Shown here: positions 24,185 to 38,799 of the stretch, piece by piece | Layout of the letters: each line of letters opens with the position of its first letter | Position numbering within the stretch: position 1 is the stretch's first letter | Position numbers and translations under genes: made by a program | Notes under the pieces: model-generated | What the model saw: only the letters and a program-made list of their open reading frames with translations | The model's database searches: none | Told to the model about the DNA's origin: nothing | Assembly (NCBI GenBank): GCA_951406725.2 | Contig: OX597829.1 | Span: 37,324,001-37,388,000, forward strand | DNA length: 64,000 nucleotides | Source of the DNA: Octopus vulgaris | Lineage: Eukaryota | Reading direction: 5' to 3'

Positions 24185-27100
24185 GTGGGATTACATTCTT
24201 ATTTTTATGATAAATTCAGCTCCCTGGTTGGCTAGATATTTAGCAATTACCATGTTAAAAAATCTGTCATCTTTGCTCAATTTGAGCTTTATAGATTCAT
24301 GTTTCAATATTTTTGTTTATGCAGAGCCATTGTGGGGATGTCCGTTTGGTTCTCAGCCCACTTTGAAGTGGCTGATTCTCTAATAAGCTCAATAAGCGGA
24401 AGCAGATTGCCATCGCCTGTGAAGACTTGTAGTGATGCGAAATAAGTCTTTATTTCTTTTGTTAAATCTGGATCATATCTCTTTGAAACTTATATTTTTA
24501 ATTAGTTCCAGAGAAATCTGCTTCTTCTTTTTTGGGAGAAAATTGGCTCCTTGATCTAATAGGTAACTAGCAACAACTATACTACAAAGCCTGTCTTGCT
24601 CATTTTTGATCTTTACAAATTCCCAATTGAATATTTTTGTTTGTGCAAGTTCATTTTGTGGATCTTAGATTGAGCTTCACCAAGAACCTACACATACAGC
24701 TGATATTCACTCCATCTATGAAGTTACTGTTTTGTTTGCTTTACGTTGTTCCATAGAGTATTAATCATTCTATGTAGGCATTGACTTTAATGCAGTCTCA
24801 ATTTTACATACATTAATTGATCACTAAAAATATTGGAAGACATTGGTGTTTTAATGAAAATTGAAACATGTATTTATTTGTAACTAATCAAGTCTCTGGA
24901 AAATACTTTCATTTCCTTTCTTAGATCCGGATTCTTCATTAGGACAAGTGCACTTAATTGTTTTTCTTTATTAGCAAATATTGCACCAGAAAATTTCTTT
25001 TTCTTACTCAATATAAGCTATACAAATTCACCATTCCGTCTATTAAAATCGATCTTGTGGAGGATGTTTCTCCAAGTATTCTCCGACATCTAACATGGAG
25101 TTGGCATTTTTTCTTTTAAACTTGGAATGTTAATTAGGTCTGGTGAAGTCATCTTCTTGGATCTGGTTTCCAATCTTCAACTTCCTGATAGAAATCCCGT
25201 CTTTCTAGATCGTTTTAAGCTTTAGAAATTCATTGTTCAATGTTTTTCTTTGTGTAAATACATTTTGTGGATCTGCTTTTCATCTTAGACAAGGACTGCA
25301 TATAAACCTGTCTTTTACTCTACCTTTGGAGAAATAGGAGGGAGAAAATGGAAAGGAAAGAAAGAAAAAATGCAAAGTAAAATATTCCAACAAGCAAGAA
25401 GTAATGGTGCCTTCACCATCTATCTTTGGTGACATCAGTGCCATTCTAGTGTAGTCCTTTTGCAGTGTCTGTGTATCCATTCTAAGAGGCAAAATTTAGA
25501 AGTCTGCAATCATCTCTGTCCTGTGTTAAGGCAGAATGTTGTGGATCTCCATTTCAGCTTGGTCAAGGACTGCATATAGACCTGACTTATACTCTAACTT
25601 TGGAGAAAATGGAAAGGAAAGAAAGAAAAAATGCAAATTAAAATATTCCAACAAGCAAGAAGTAATGGTGCCTCTGCCATCTATCTTTGCTGACATCCAT
25701 GCCATTCTGCTGTAGTAGTTTTACAGTGTCTGTGTGTCCCTTGTAACAGGCAAAATGTAGAAGTCTGCAAGCTTCTCTGTCCTCTGAGTAGGCAGAATCA
25801 TTAATTATTCCATTGGACAAAATGTTTAGTGGTACTTCTTCCGACTTCTTACATTCGGCGTTCAAATCCTTCTCAGGTCATTACCAAAGAGAAAAAGAAG
25901 GCAGCAACCTGACAGAATTGTTACCATACTTGGCAAAATGCTTAGCGGCATTTTGTCCGTCTTTACATTCAGGATGTTTTGTATGTTTTCGGAGTGGCTT
26001 CTCATACAGGGTTGACATACTGTTGCAGGTTTATCTTGCATTTCATCCACTTCTCTCCTCCTAGCTGGAGTGGATAAATGAAATGAGCAATCCTCTTTGA
26101 ATCTGGGAAATGCTTTTATTTTCTGTCTTAGATCCAGATGTTTTATGAGGCAGGATGGACTTCCCTATTGCGTAAGATTATTAGCAAATACTACACCAGA
26201 GAGTCTTTCTTCCTTTTTCAATTCCAGCTTTACATATTCACCATTCCATTTTTGTATAAATGCATATGGTGGATCTTGTGTATGATGTTTTTCTAAGTTT
26301 ACTCTGACGTATTACATGGAGTGTGCATATTGTTGCAGGATTTTCTAGTGTTTCTTAGACTGATCATTTTTTGCTGGTGTGTTTCAGGTTCACTACTTTG
26401 TTTTTGGTCAGTGTTGTATGAAGTACGCAGTCCTTATTGACTCTGCCAAATGCTTTTATTTTCTGTCTTAGATCCGGATTCTTCATGAAGCCAAATGGAC
26501 TTCCCTATTGTACTAGATTATTAGCAAATGCTATACCAGAGAGACTTTCTTTCTTGCTCAGTTTGAGCTTTAAAGATTAATGATTTAATATTTTTGTTTG
26601 TACAAATCAATCTTGTGGATCTTAGGTTGGCTCTCAGCACTCTTTGGACTTTTCTGTTTCTCTAATATGGAAAAATGTTTTTATTTTCATTGCTAAATCT
26701 GGATCTTTCTTAAGACCCAGTGAGATTACATTCTTATTTTTATGGTAAATTCAGCTGCCTGGTTGGCTAGATATTTAGCAATTACCATGTTAAAAAATCT
26801 GTCATCTTTGCTCAATTTGAGCTTTATAGATTCATGTTTCAATATTTTTGTTTGTGCAGAGCCATTGTGGGGATGTCAGTTTGGTTCTCAGCCCACTTTG
26901 AAGTGGCTGATTCTCTAATAAGCTCAATAAGCGGAAGCAGATTGCCATCGCCTGTGAAGACTTGTAGTGATGCGAAAGAAGTCTTTATTTCTTTTGTTAA
27001 ATCTGGATCATATCCCTTTGGAACTTATATTTCCAGAGAAATCTGCTTCTTTTTTGGGAGAAAATTGGCTCCTTGATCTAATAGGTAGCTAGCAACTACT

Positions 27101-30100
27101 ACACTAGAAAGCCTGTCTTGCTCATTTTGATCTTTACAAATTCCCAATTGAATATTTTTGTTTGTGCAAGTTCATTTTGTGGATCTTAGATTGAGCTTCA
27201 CCAAGAACCTACACATACAGCTGATATTCACTCCATCTATGCAGTTACTGTTTTGTTTGCTTTACGTTGTTCCATAGAGTATTAATCATTCTATGTAGGC
27301 ATTGACTTTAATGCAGTCTCAATTTTACATTCATTAATTGATCACTAAAAAGATTGGAAGACATTGGTATTTTAATGAAAATTGAAACATGTATTTATCT
27401 GCAACTAATCAAGACTCTGGAAAATACTTTTATTTCCTTTCTTAGATCCGGATTCTTCATTAAGACAAATGCACTCTCCTATCGTGTTACATTATTAGCA
27501 AATATTGCACTAGAGAATTTCTTTTTCTTGCTCAATATGAGCTTTACAAATTCATCATTCCATCTGTTCTTTAAATCGATCTTGTGGAGGATGTTTCTCC
27601 AAGTATTCTCCGACATCCAACATGGAGTTGGCATTTTTTCTTTTAAACTTGGAATGTTAATTAGGTCTGGTGAAGTCATCTTCTTGGATCTGGTTTCCAA
27701 TCTTCAACTTCCTGATAGAAATCCTGTCTTTCTAGATCGTTTTAAGTTTAGAAATTCATTGTTCAATGTTTTTCTTTGTGTAAATCCATTTTGTGGATCT
27801 GCTTTTCATCTTAGACCAGGACTGCATATTAACCTGACTTTTACTCTACCTTTGGAGGAATAGGTGTGAGAAAATGGAAAGGAAAGACAGAAAAAATGCA
27901 ACTTAAATTGTTCCAACAAGCAAGAAGGAGGAGTGCCCTCACCATCTTTCTTTGCTAACGTCAGTGCCATTCTGCTGTAGTTTACATTTCTGTGTCCATT
28001 TTAACAGGCAAAATGTAGAAGTCTGCAAGCATCTCTGTCCTGTGTTAAGGCAGAATGTTGTGGATCTCCATTTCAGTTTGGTGAAGGACTGCATATAAAC
28101 CTGACTTTTACTCTTTGGGGAAAGAGGAGTGAGAAAATGGAAAGGAAAGAAAGAAAAAATGCAAATTAAAATATTCCAACAAGCAAGAAGTAATGGTGCC
28201 TTCACCATCTATCTTTGCTGACATCCGTGCCATTCTTCTGTAGTAGTTTTACAGTGTCTGTTTGTCCCTTTTAACTGGCAAAATGTAGAAGTCTGCAATC
28301 ATCTCTGTCCTCTGAGTAGGCAGAATCATTAATTATTCCATTGGACAAAATGTTTAGTGGTACTTCTTCCGACTTCTTACATTCGGCGTTCAAATCCTTC
28401 TCAGGTCACTACCAAAGAGAAAAAGAAGGCAGCAACCTGACAGAATTGTTACCATACTTGGCAAAATGCTTAGCGGCATTTTGTCCGTTTTTACATTCAG
28501 GATGTTTTGTATGTTTTCGGAGAGGCCTCTCATACAGGGTTGACATACTGTTGCAGGTTTATCTTGCATTTCATCCACTTCTCTCCTCCTAGCTGGAGTG
28601 GATAAATGAAATGAGCAATCCTCTTTGAATCTGGGAAATGCTTTTATTTTCTGTCTTAGATCCAGATGTTTTATGAGGCAGGATGGACTTCCCTATTGCG
28701 TAAGATTATTAGCAAATACTACACCAGAGAGTCTTTCTTCCTTTTTCAATTCCAGCTTTACATATTCACCATTCCATTTTTGTATAAATGCATATGGTGG
28801 ATCTTGTGTATGATGTTTTTCTAAGTTTACTCTGACGTATTACATGGAGTGTGCATATTGTTGCAGGATCTTCTTGTGTTTCTTAGACTGATCATTTTTT
28901 GCTGGTGTGTTTCAGGTTCACTACTTTGTTTTTGGTCAGTGTTGTATGAAGTACGCAGTCCTCATTGACTCTGCCAAATGCTTTTATTTTCTGTCTTAGA
29001 TCCGGATTCTTCATGAAGCCAAATGGACTTCCCTATTGTACTAGATTATTAGCAAATGCTATACCAGAGAGACTTTCTTTCTTGCTCAGTTTGAGCTTTA
29101 AAGAATAATGATTTAATATTTTTGTTTGTGCAAATCAATCTTATGGATCTTAGGTTGGTTCTCAGCCCCCTTTGGACTTTTCTGTTTCTCTAATTTGGAA
29201 AAATGTTTTTATTTTCTCTGCTAAATCTGGATCTTTCTTAAGACCCAGTGATATTACATTCTTATTTTTATGGTAATTTCAGCTCCCTGGTTGGCTAGAT
29301 ATTTAGCAATTACCATGTTAAAAAATCTGTCATCTTTGCACAATTTGAGCTTTATAGATTCATGTTTCAATATTTGTTTGTGCAGAGCCATTGTGGGGAT
29401 GTCAGTTTGGTTCTCAGCCCACTTTGAAGTGGCTGATTCTCTAATAAGCCCACTAAATGGAAGCAGATTGCCATCGCCTGTGAAAGCTTTTAGTGATGCG
29501 AAAGAAGTCTTTATTTCTTTTGTTAAATCTGGATCATATCCGTTTGAAACTTATATTTCCAGAGAAATCTGCTTCTTCTTTTTTGGGAGAAAATTGGCTC
29601 CTTGATCTAATAGGTAACTCGCAACTACTATACTAGAAAGCCTATCTTGCTCATTTTTGATCTTTACAAATTCCCAATTGAATATTTTTGTTTGTGCAAG
29701 TTCATTTTGTGGATCTTAGATTGAGCTTCACCAAGAACCTACACATACAGCTGATATTCACTCCATCTATGAAGTTACTGTTTTGTTTGCTTTACGTTGT
29801 TCCATAGAGTATTAATCATTCTATGTAGGCATTGCCTTCAATGCAGTCTCAATTTTACATTCATTAATTGATCACTAAAAAGATTGGAAGACATTGGTAT
29901 TTTAATGAAAATTGAAACATGTATTTATCTGCAACTAATCAAGACTCTGGAAAATACTTTTATTTCCTTTCTTAGATCCGGATTCTTAATGAGGGCAAAT
30001 GCACTCTCCTCTCGTGTTACATTATTAGCAAATATTGCACTAGAGAATTTCTTTTTCTTGCTCAATATGGGCTTTACAAATTCATCATTCCATCTGTTCT

Positions 30101-31000
30101 TTAAATCGATCTTGTGGAGGATGTTTCTCCAAGTATTCTCCGATATCCAACATGGAGTTGGCATTTTTTCTTTTAAACTTGGAATGTTAATTAGGTCTGG
30201 TGAAGTCATCTTCTTGGATCTGGTTTACAATCTTCAACTTCCTGATAGAAATCCTGTCTTTCTAGATCGTTTTAAGTTTAGAAATTCATTGTTCAATGTT
30301 TTTCTTTGTGTAAATCCATTTTGTGGATCTGCTTTTCATCTTAGACCAGGACTGCATATTAACCTGACTTTTACTCTACCTTTGGAGGAATAGGAGTGAG
30401 AAAATGGAAAGGAAAGACAGAAAAAATGCAACTTAAATTGTTCCAACAAGCAAGGAGGAGCGCCCTCACCATCTTTCTTTGCTAACGTCAGTGCCATTCT
30501 GCTGTAGTTTACAACGTTTCTGTGTCCATTTTAACAGGCAAAATGTAGATGTCTGCAAGCATCTCTGTCCTGTGTTAAGGCAGAATGTTGTGGATCTCCA
30601 TTTCAGTTTGGTGAAGGACTGCATATAAACCTGACTTTTACTCTTTGGAGAAAGACGAGGGAGAAAATGGAAAGGAAAGAAAGAAAAAATGCAAATTAAA
30701 ATATTCCAACAAGCAAGAAGTAATGGAGCCTTCACCATCTATCTTTGCTGACATCCGTGCCATTCTTCTGTAGTAGTTTTACAGTGTCTGTTTGTCCCTT
30801 TTAACTGGCAAAATGTAGAAGTCTGCAATCATCTCTGTCCTCTGAGTAGGCAGAATCATTAATTATTCCATTGGACAAAATGTTTAGTGGTACTTCTTCC
30901 GACTTCCGACTTCTTACATTCGGCGTTCAAATCCTTCTCAGGTCACTACCAAAGAGAAAAAGAAGGCAGCAACCTGACAGAATTGTTAGCACACTGGGAA
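24185..31000. repeat. ~2.53 kb tandem repeat (M1, two ankyrin units, SINE dimer, block Q), ~2.7 copies
   Basis: ORF offsets 25813/28341 (2528) and 27354/29884 (2530); further units at ~33620-35750 and ~44055-46735. Confidence 0.9.
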
Positions 31001-31242
31001 AAATGCTTAGCGGCATTTTTTCCATCTTTACATTCTGAGTTCAAGTTCCTCTGAGGTTGACTTTTTTACATTTTTAAAAAAGAGCTGTTACTTTTGGGCA
31101 TTGTATTCATTAATTAATTTGGAACAGCCATTTTATTGCTGTAGGGCGTTCTTTACTTCAGACTGATCACTGCCATTTTATTCATACACCTGCTGCTCTT
31201 TTTGGCTGAATTCATCCACAGCACAACTGAATTGTACCACAG

Positions 31243-32032
31243 CATCATCATTTTTAACGTCCGTTTTCCATGCTAGCATGGGTTGGATGGTTCGACCGAG
31301 GTCTGGGAAGCCAAGAGGCTGCACCAAGCTCCAGTCTGATCTGGCAGTGTTTCTACAGCTGGATGCCCTTCCTAACATCAACCACTCCATGAGTGTAGTG
31401 GGTGCTTTTTACGTGCCACTGGCATAGGTGCCAGGGGAAGCTGTCAACGATCGGTTGGTGCTTTTTATATGCCACTGGCACGGAAGCCAGTCAAGGTGGC
31501 TCTTGCATCAGCTACATATGGATGGTGCCCTTTTAGGTGCCAGGGTGGTTGGCAATGGCCACGATTGGTCGGTGCTTTTTACTTGCCACCGGCACAGGAG
31601 CCACTAATGGCGGTGCTGGCTTCGTCCTCGTACAGATGTTGCTTTTATGTGCCACCAGCACGGAAGCCAGTCAAGGCAGCGCTGGCATCAGCCACATACG
31701 AATGGTGCATTTGACGAGCCACCAGCTTGGGTATCACAACTACCATTTCCTTTTGATTTTTATGGTGATGTACTTGACTCAATAGGTCTATCAAGCACAG
31801 CAGGTCGCTCTACGATACAAGGAAAGTACTGCAGGCCGTCCTGTGATCCAAGGCACTTTGGAAGAGTTGGGGCTTCTATGTGAAGCTGGTGCAGGAAACA
31901 GCTATGAACTCACATTATTTGTCAGGTCTGTCATCATTGCCTCTGTGAAACCCAATGTTTGAAGGTCATGCTTGACCACCTCATCCCATGTCTTCCTGGG
32001 TCTACCTCTACCCCGGATTCCTTCAACTGTTT
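31243..32032 (-). mobile_element. 5'-truncated RTE LINE (copy 2)
   Basis: Same ends and flanks as 21839-22608. Confidence 0.85.
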
Positions 32033-32209
32033 TAAGCAAAAACATAAATTCTTCTCGTCTCACTACAGGTTTTTATTTCCTTTCTTAGATCCAGATTAAT
32101 TTTGAGGTCAAGAAGCTATTTTGTTAAGGTTCAGTGGAAGCTGCTTCTTCCTGTTTTTACAAACTTTTTATGAATTTTATAAACATAAGTCACTAGGTCT
32201 TACAAATTC

Positions 32210-33040
32210 AATTGGGTTAAGAGAAAGGAACATGTTCTGCAAGTCACAACCCATGGTTTCTGTGACAGCCAATGAGGAAATTGAATTCCTCATGTAGAGA
32301 GCCTTACGGCACTCTGCATGCCATTCACCTAGCCTGGGTCTCCACTTGATCCACGGTTCCAGTTCACTGAAAAATGTAAACTGTGGAGGAATGAACTTCA
32401 CAGAGACCGTTTACCACCACTTCTGCATCCTCTGTCAGGTACAGCTGCCTTCCAGACTGCATTTGGGTAATTAATATTGGCTCAAATGCAATAGGGTAGA
32501 GGTGGGGTGGGGGACTCAGAACGTGACAACTGACTGCTGTTAAGCATTTTGCCCCAAGCTTCAGCACAACGCCTAACAATTTGGAAGGGTGTTCAGCTGG
32601 TACCTTATTTCGTCTAGTTTCTATTTGGGGTTCTGGACCAAAAGAAACTTCCCTAACATTTTCACTGGACCATTCATCCAACGCCCCACAATGCTGTATG
32701 ACGGCATCAACTTGTCTCTCAGGTACCAAGCTGCAAGTCGACTGACTTGTCCTGGTTTATTCTTGCTCCTGCTATTGTCTCATCTTCCTTTGACATCACC
32801 CACTTGTCACAGGTGGTTGCCACTGGATACGATGATGGTGATGTCATCTGCATATGCTGTTACAATTCCTACAAAACCGAGATCTCATTTGGCGACACCC
32901 AAAGCCTCTACCTTCTGCAGTAAGGCCTCTCACTTCCGATGTCCATTTTCCCAGATAAGTGGGGAAGAGAACAATTTCAGATGACTTTAATGGCTCTGTT
33001 GAATGGTTTCTAGCAATTTCCTTGCTATGCCAAAAGATCC
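32210..33040 (-). mobile_element. Tx1-clade LINE fragment (duplicate)
   Basis: AYADD at 32843-32857; WIKWRPRLGEWHAECRKAL. Confidence 0.75.
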
Positions 33041-36000
33041 ACATGAACAAAAACTGTGAAAGATGAAGAAGAAAGAGTTTGAACCTCACAAAAAGTGGCA
33101 AAAATCCTGTGTTGGAAAATCTATCCAACCCATGCAAGTGTGGCAAAACAGATCTTTAACTTGGCTTCGTTATTAGACTGTGATCATGCTGCGGCATCAC
33201 CTTGAAGAATTTTTAGATGAATGAATCCACCTTAGGACTTGTTTTTCATTTTGTTTTTTTATAAATCCTTGTACTTATTCTATCTATCTCCTTTGCCAAA
33301 CTTCTAAGTTACAGAGAAATAAACACAACACTACTTGTCAAACAGTGGCAGGGGACAGACAGACATAATAATACACACGCACAGATATATATATATATCT
33401 GGGCTTCTTTCAGTTTCTATCAAATTTACTCACAAGCCTTTGGTTGAAATTAGGTAGTGCTACACTGGGTTTAAGAGGGTAGCTGCTGGAAGACCCTACG
33501 TTTGGCAACAGGACTCTGCACAATGCCACACAAGCAGGAGAGCCCAGTCATGGCTGTCAGACAATCTCTACAACAAAATCAAGCCTAATTCCTTTTTGAT
33601 TAAACTGGATCCTCCTTGAGCCCAGTGGGATTACATTCTTATTTTTATGATAAATTCAGCTCCCTGGTTGGCTAGATATTTAGCAATTACCATGTTAAAA
33701 AATCTGTCATCTTTGCTCAATTTGAGCTTTATAGATTCATGTTTCAATATTTTTGTTTATGCAGAGCCATTGTGGGGATGTCCGTTTGGTTCTCAGCCCA
33801 CTTTGAAGTGGCTGATTCTCTAATAAGCCCACTAAATGGAAGCAGATTGCCATCGCCTGTGAAGGCTTGTAGTGATGCGAAATAAGTCATTATTTCTTTT
33901 GTTAAATTTGGATCATTTCTCTTTGAAACTTATATTTTTAATTAGTTCCAGAGAAATCTGCTTCTTCTTTTTTGGGAGAAAATTGGCTCCTTGATCTAAT
34001 AGGTAGCTAGCAACTACTACACTAGAAAGCCTGTCTTGCTCATTTTGATCTTTACAAATTCCCAATTGAATATTTTTGTTTGTGCAAGTTCATTTTGTGG
34101 ATCTTAGATTGAGCTTCACCAAGAACCTACACATACAGCTGATATTCACTCCATCTATGAAGTTACTGTTTTGTTTGCTTTACGTTGTTCCATAGAGTAT
34201 TAATCATTCTATGTAGGCATTGACTTCAATGCAGTCTCAATTTTACATTCATTAATTGATCACTAAAAAGATTGGAAGACATTGGTGTTTTAATGAAAAT
34301 TGAAACATGTATTTATTTGTAACTAATCAAGTCTCTGGAAAATACTTTCATTTCCTTTCTTAGATCCGGATTCTTCATTAGGACAAATGCACTTCTCAAT
34401 TGTTTTTCTTTATTAGCAAATATTGCACCAGCGAATTTCTTTTTCTTGCTCAATATAAGCTTTACAAATTCATCATTCCGACTATTTAAATCAATCTTGT
34501 GGAGGTTGTTTCTCCAAGTATTCTCCGACATCCAACATGGAGTTGGCATTCTTTTTTAAAAGTTGGAATCTTAATTAGGTCTGGTGAAGTCATCTCCTTG
34601 GATCTAGTTTCCAATCTTCAACTTCCTGATAGAAATCCCGTCTTTCTAGATTGTTTCGAGCTTTACAAATTTATCGTTCAATGTTTTTCTTTGTGTAAAT
34701 CCATTTTGTGGATCTGCTTTTCATCTTGGACATGGACTGCATATAATCGTGTCTTTTACTCTACTTTTGGAGAAATAGGAGGGAGAAAATGGAAAGGAAA
34801 GAGAGAAAAAATGCAAAGTAAAATATTCCAACAAGAAATAGCAGGAGTGCCCTCACCATCTTTCTTTGCTGACATCAGTGCCATTCTGCTGTAGTAGTTT
34901 TACAGTGTCTGTTTGTCCCTTTTAACAGGCAAAATGTAGAAGTCTGCAAGCTTCTCTGTCCTGTGAGCAGGCAGAATAATTATTCCATTGGACAAAATGT
35001 TTAGTGGTACTTCTACCAAAGAGAAAAAGAAGGCAGCAACCTGACAGAATTGTTAGCACACTGGGCAATATGCTTAGCGGCATCCTGTCCGTCTTTACAT
35101 TCAGGATGTTTTGTATTTTTTCGGAGAGGCCTCTCATACAGGGTTGACATACTGTTGCAGGTTTATCTTGCATTTCATCCACTTCTCTCCTCCTAGCTGG
35201 AGTGGATAAATGAAATGAGCAATCCTCTTTGAATCTGGGAAATGCTTTTATTTTCTGTCTTAGATCCAGATGTTTTATGAGGCAGGATGGACTTCCCTAT
35301 TGCGTAAGATTATTAGCAAATACTACACCAGAGAGTCTTTCTTCCTTTTTCAATTCCAGCTTTACATATTCACCATTCCATTTTTGTATAAATGCATATG
35401 GTGGATCTTGTGTATGATGTTTTTCTAAGTTTACTCTGACGTATTACATGGAGTGTGCATATTGTTGCAGGATTTTCTTGTGTTTCTTAGACTGATCATT
35501 TTTTGCTGGTGTGTTTCAGGTTCACTACTTTGTTTTTGGTCAGTGTTGTATGAAGTACGCAGTCCTTATTGACTCTGCCAAATGCTTTTATTTTCTGTCT
35601 TAGATCCGGATTCTTCATGAAGCCAAATGGACTTCCCTATTGTACTAGATTATTAGCAAATGCTATACCAGAGAGACTTTCTTTCTTGCTCAGTTTGAGC
35701 TTTAAAGAATAATGATTTAATATTTTTGTTTGTGCAAATCCATCTTGTGGATATCAGTTTGGTTCTCAGCCCCCTATGAAGTTGCCACTTCTTTAACATG
35801 GAAAATGCTTCTTTTTTTTTTTTAAAGCTGGATCCTCCATGAGGCCCAGTGAGATTACATTCTTCCTAATTATCTGGTACATTTGGCTTACTGGTCTGCT
35901 AGATAATTAGCAATTACTGTGCTAGATTCTGTTCTTCTTGCTCAATTTGAGCTTCAATGAATTGTGATTTAATTTTTTTTTTTTATTTGTGCAAATCCAT

Positions 36001-37129
36001 CTTGCTGGTATATTTTAGTATCACTACTTAGTTTTTGGTCGATGTTATAGGAAAGCCATTCTGTGAATATATTGTGAGAATTCAAGTTAAGTTACTCACC
36101 TCTGATGGTATGCTTATGATATGTGGCTGTCTTGAACCCATATTCTTCGAAATTATTACAGCTGTGGAAATTGTAGAAATTGATATGTGTAACTACCCAA
36201 GGGTCTGGGAAATGTTTTTATTTGTTGTTATATCTGGATTCTTTATGAGGTGTAAATGAGTTCCGTGTCATGCTAGGTTATTAGCAAATACTGCGGCAGA
36301 GAACCTGTTTCTTACTCAGTTTGAGCTTTACAAATTCGTCATAATATTGTTTTTATAAAGCCATCTTGTGGATTTCATGTTGGCTGTTTTGTAAATTTTC
36401 CAAGAGGTCTAACGTGGGGTTTGCATACTATTGCAGGATTGTCTTGAGTTTCTTAGTCTGATCATTTCATGCTGGTATGTTTCAGAATCATTGTATAGCT
36501 CTCGGTTGATATTGTAGGAAATGAGCAATCCCACTCTTTATATTATATGGATGGTAGGAATTGAAGTTAAAGTACTGTTGTCTGATGGTAGATTTGCAGT
36601 ATAGAGGTGCAATAATTCTGAACAGTTTAGCTTCTGGATATCTGTGGGCATTAAAATGGATTGCCATGCAAATAACAGCACCTACCCATAAGTCATGGAG
36701 AGAGACTTGCTATAAAGGCATGAACTATCAGACTGTATAAAATGCTGTGCTTTGTTTTTACAAGCTTAGCCATGTGTCCGTTCTAACAGACTAGATGTAG
36801 AGGTGTTTTACAATATTTGTTTACTGCAGGCTGGCAGATTCATTAGCACATCAGATAAAATGCTTAGTGGCACTTCTTGCAATCACTTACATTCTGAGTT
36901 TGTTCAAATTCCTCTAGGGTCACTAAATAAAGGAAAAGATGGTGAGCTGGCATAATTTTGTACTAGTTGATTAATGGAATTTATAATCCATATGAAACAA
37001 TAGTTTTAATAAGAAAACATAGAAAAGAGGACACACTTTCTAAAAATGGAAATAAAATCAAACTAACCAAACCATGCTAAACAGCAGCAACCAAAAACTG
37101 TTATACATCGCCACCATTGCTGTGGGTAT

Positions 37130-37930
37130 TATTACAAGATGCCACTCTGAACTTTTTTGTCTTCAGTGGTGAAATTCAACGTTTGATCTCAAAGCAGATG
37201 TTTTAGTTTTGAGAAAGACCTTTCAACTTTGGCTGGTATCAAAGGTGCATGTTTAAAAGATGCAAAAGCTTTCCAACATGTTCTTTATTTGCACCTTTAA
37301 GAACTTCTGCAATGTCGTTTATCTGTTGTAGGCCGGTGTTGGCGTGAATCACTTTTTGCCATTTTGTTAGCTATGTCTGCCTCTCTCCAGGTTTACTCCT
37401 CACCTTTTCAGTTGTGCTGTCAAAGATAGACCTTGTAACATAGAAATGTTCTGCTTTAACTAAAGCTAGTATAGTTTGTGTTAGTGCTTGAAAATGTGCA
37501 ACAATAAAGTCAAGATCGATATGAACACTGGAGTTAGGAATCAAATTTTGAACGTGTAAGAGAAGCTTCTTCACTGTTTAATGCGTTAAACATTTCCTTT
37601 AGAGTATCAAAATTTGAAGTATCACATACAGCAGCGGTTATCCACGTCTCCACTCTGATGAGAACAGGTTTTGGAGGTAAACTCAGTGTTGGTTCATGTT
37701 CGCAGCAAAGTTCACACCTACATGGAGATTAAAGAAACATTTTTTCACCATTTGCAATGAACCTGTTAAAATCTGGAAATAGTAAGCATACTTCTTTGGC
37801 AATTCTATGCACTCTATGTATTAAACAGAACTTGTAATGTTTTAGCAGCCCTTTTCATAAAAGGTTCTACATCTGTCACAAATAGTAACACATTGTCATA
37901 CTTGAAACCATCAGTCCACAGCAAGAGTTC
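37130..37930 (-). mobile_element. hAT-superfamily transposase remnant
   Basis: LWTDGFKYDNVLLFVTDVEPFMKRAAK...LSLPPKPVLIRVETW...VERSFSKLKHLL (hAT dimerization motif), with stops. Confidence 0.75.
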
Positions 37931-37990
37931 ATTCATTTGTAATACTTTTCTTTGTGTACTTCTCCAAAAATGATTTCAAACTTTTGAACT

Positions 37991-38500
37991 CTTGGCGTTC
38001 ATTTGGAAGTAGGCAATGAATTTCCTTTGCACAAGACAACCTCATTGAACAAGCAGCTGCCCTGCCAAAGACCACTCTCATAACCTTCTTTCACCCATGC
38101 TAACTAGACTCCTTTACAAAGTCTATTTTGTACACTGAAGTGCCACATTATTATACATGGAATCAATCATCTTCCCAGTGGCAACAGTGAAAACAAGGCC
38201 GTTGTACGAGGTTCGATTCAGCCTTGTACAAAGGTGACACAATTGGACGTGTCTACACAGTTGGCCCTTCAACTCTGAAAGCTTCGATCTGTGGCTGTTC
38301 ATGTCATGAAGGTACCAACCTCTTTGGACTTTGGCGCAGTGGACGGCCACTTCTGCAGCACTTACAAAGATACCTGGTTACTTTTGGATACAGATGATCA
38401 ATATGATGATACGTCTAATCACTTTTGTTGCACCCTCCAAAAACTATAGATTTAATTCTCCCACAATGCAACACATGTGCCATCAAGTGGCCAATGGATG
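37991..38500 (+). mobile_element. Helitron Rep/helicase fragment (paralog of 15421-15815)
   Basis: LGVHLE...LYTEVPHYYTWN...IGRVYTV...VDGHFCSTYKD...DTDDQYDDT. Confidence 0.8.
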
Positions 38501-38799
38501 ACGTAACTTTTTTCAAGGGAGGTAACTGTCCATACTTTGTTCAATTTCTGTTTTTCGAATACATCATTCCATCTATTCTTTACATCGATCTTGTGGAGGA
38601 TGTTTCTCCAAGTTTTCTCAGACATCGAACATGGAGTTTGCATTTCTTCTTTTAAACTTGGAATGTTAATTAGGTCTGGTGAAGTCATCTTCTTGGATCT
38701 AGTTTACAATTTTCAACTTCCTGATAGAAAGCCCGAGTTTCTAGATCGTTTTGAGCTTTACGAATTCATTGTTCAATGTTTATCTTTGTGTAAATCCAT

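Larger units (their letters stand above)
21480..25500. repeat. ~4 kb segmental duplication (partner ~30880-34930)
   Basis: Identical ORFs 23402-23704 and 32844-33146 (offset 9442); shared diagnostic tttaattag insertion in M1 copies 2 and 5. Confidence 0.85.

Noticed and set aside
27354-27863. Repeated 169 aa + strand ORF (also 19142, 29884, 44690, 47370)
   Set aside because: It is antisense to the MIB-like modules, starts at a non-ATG codon and is broken at different points in different copies.
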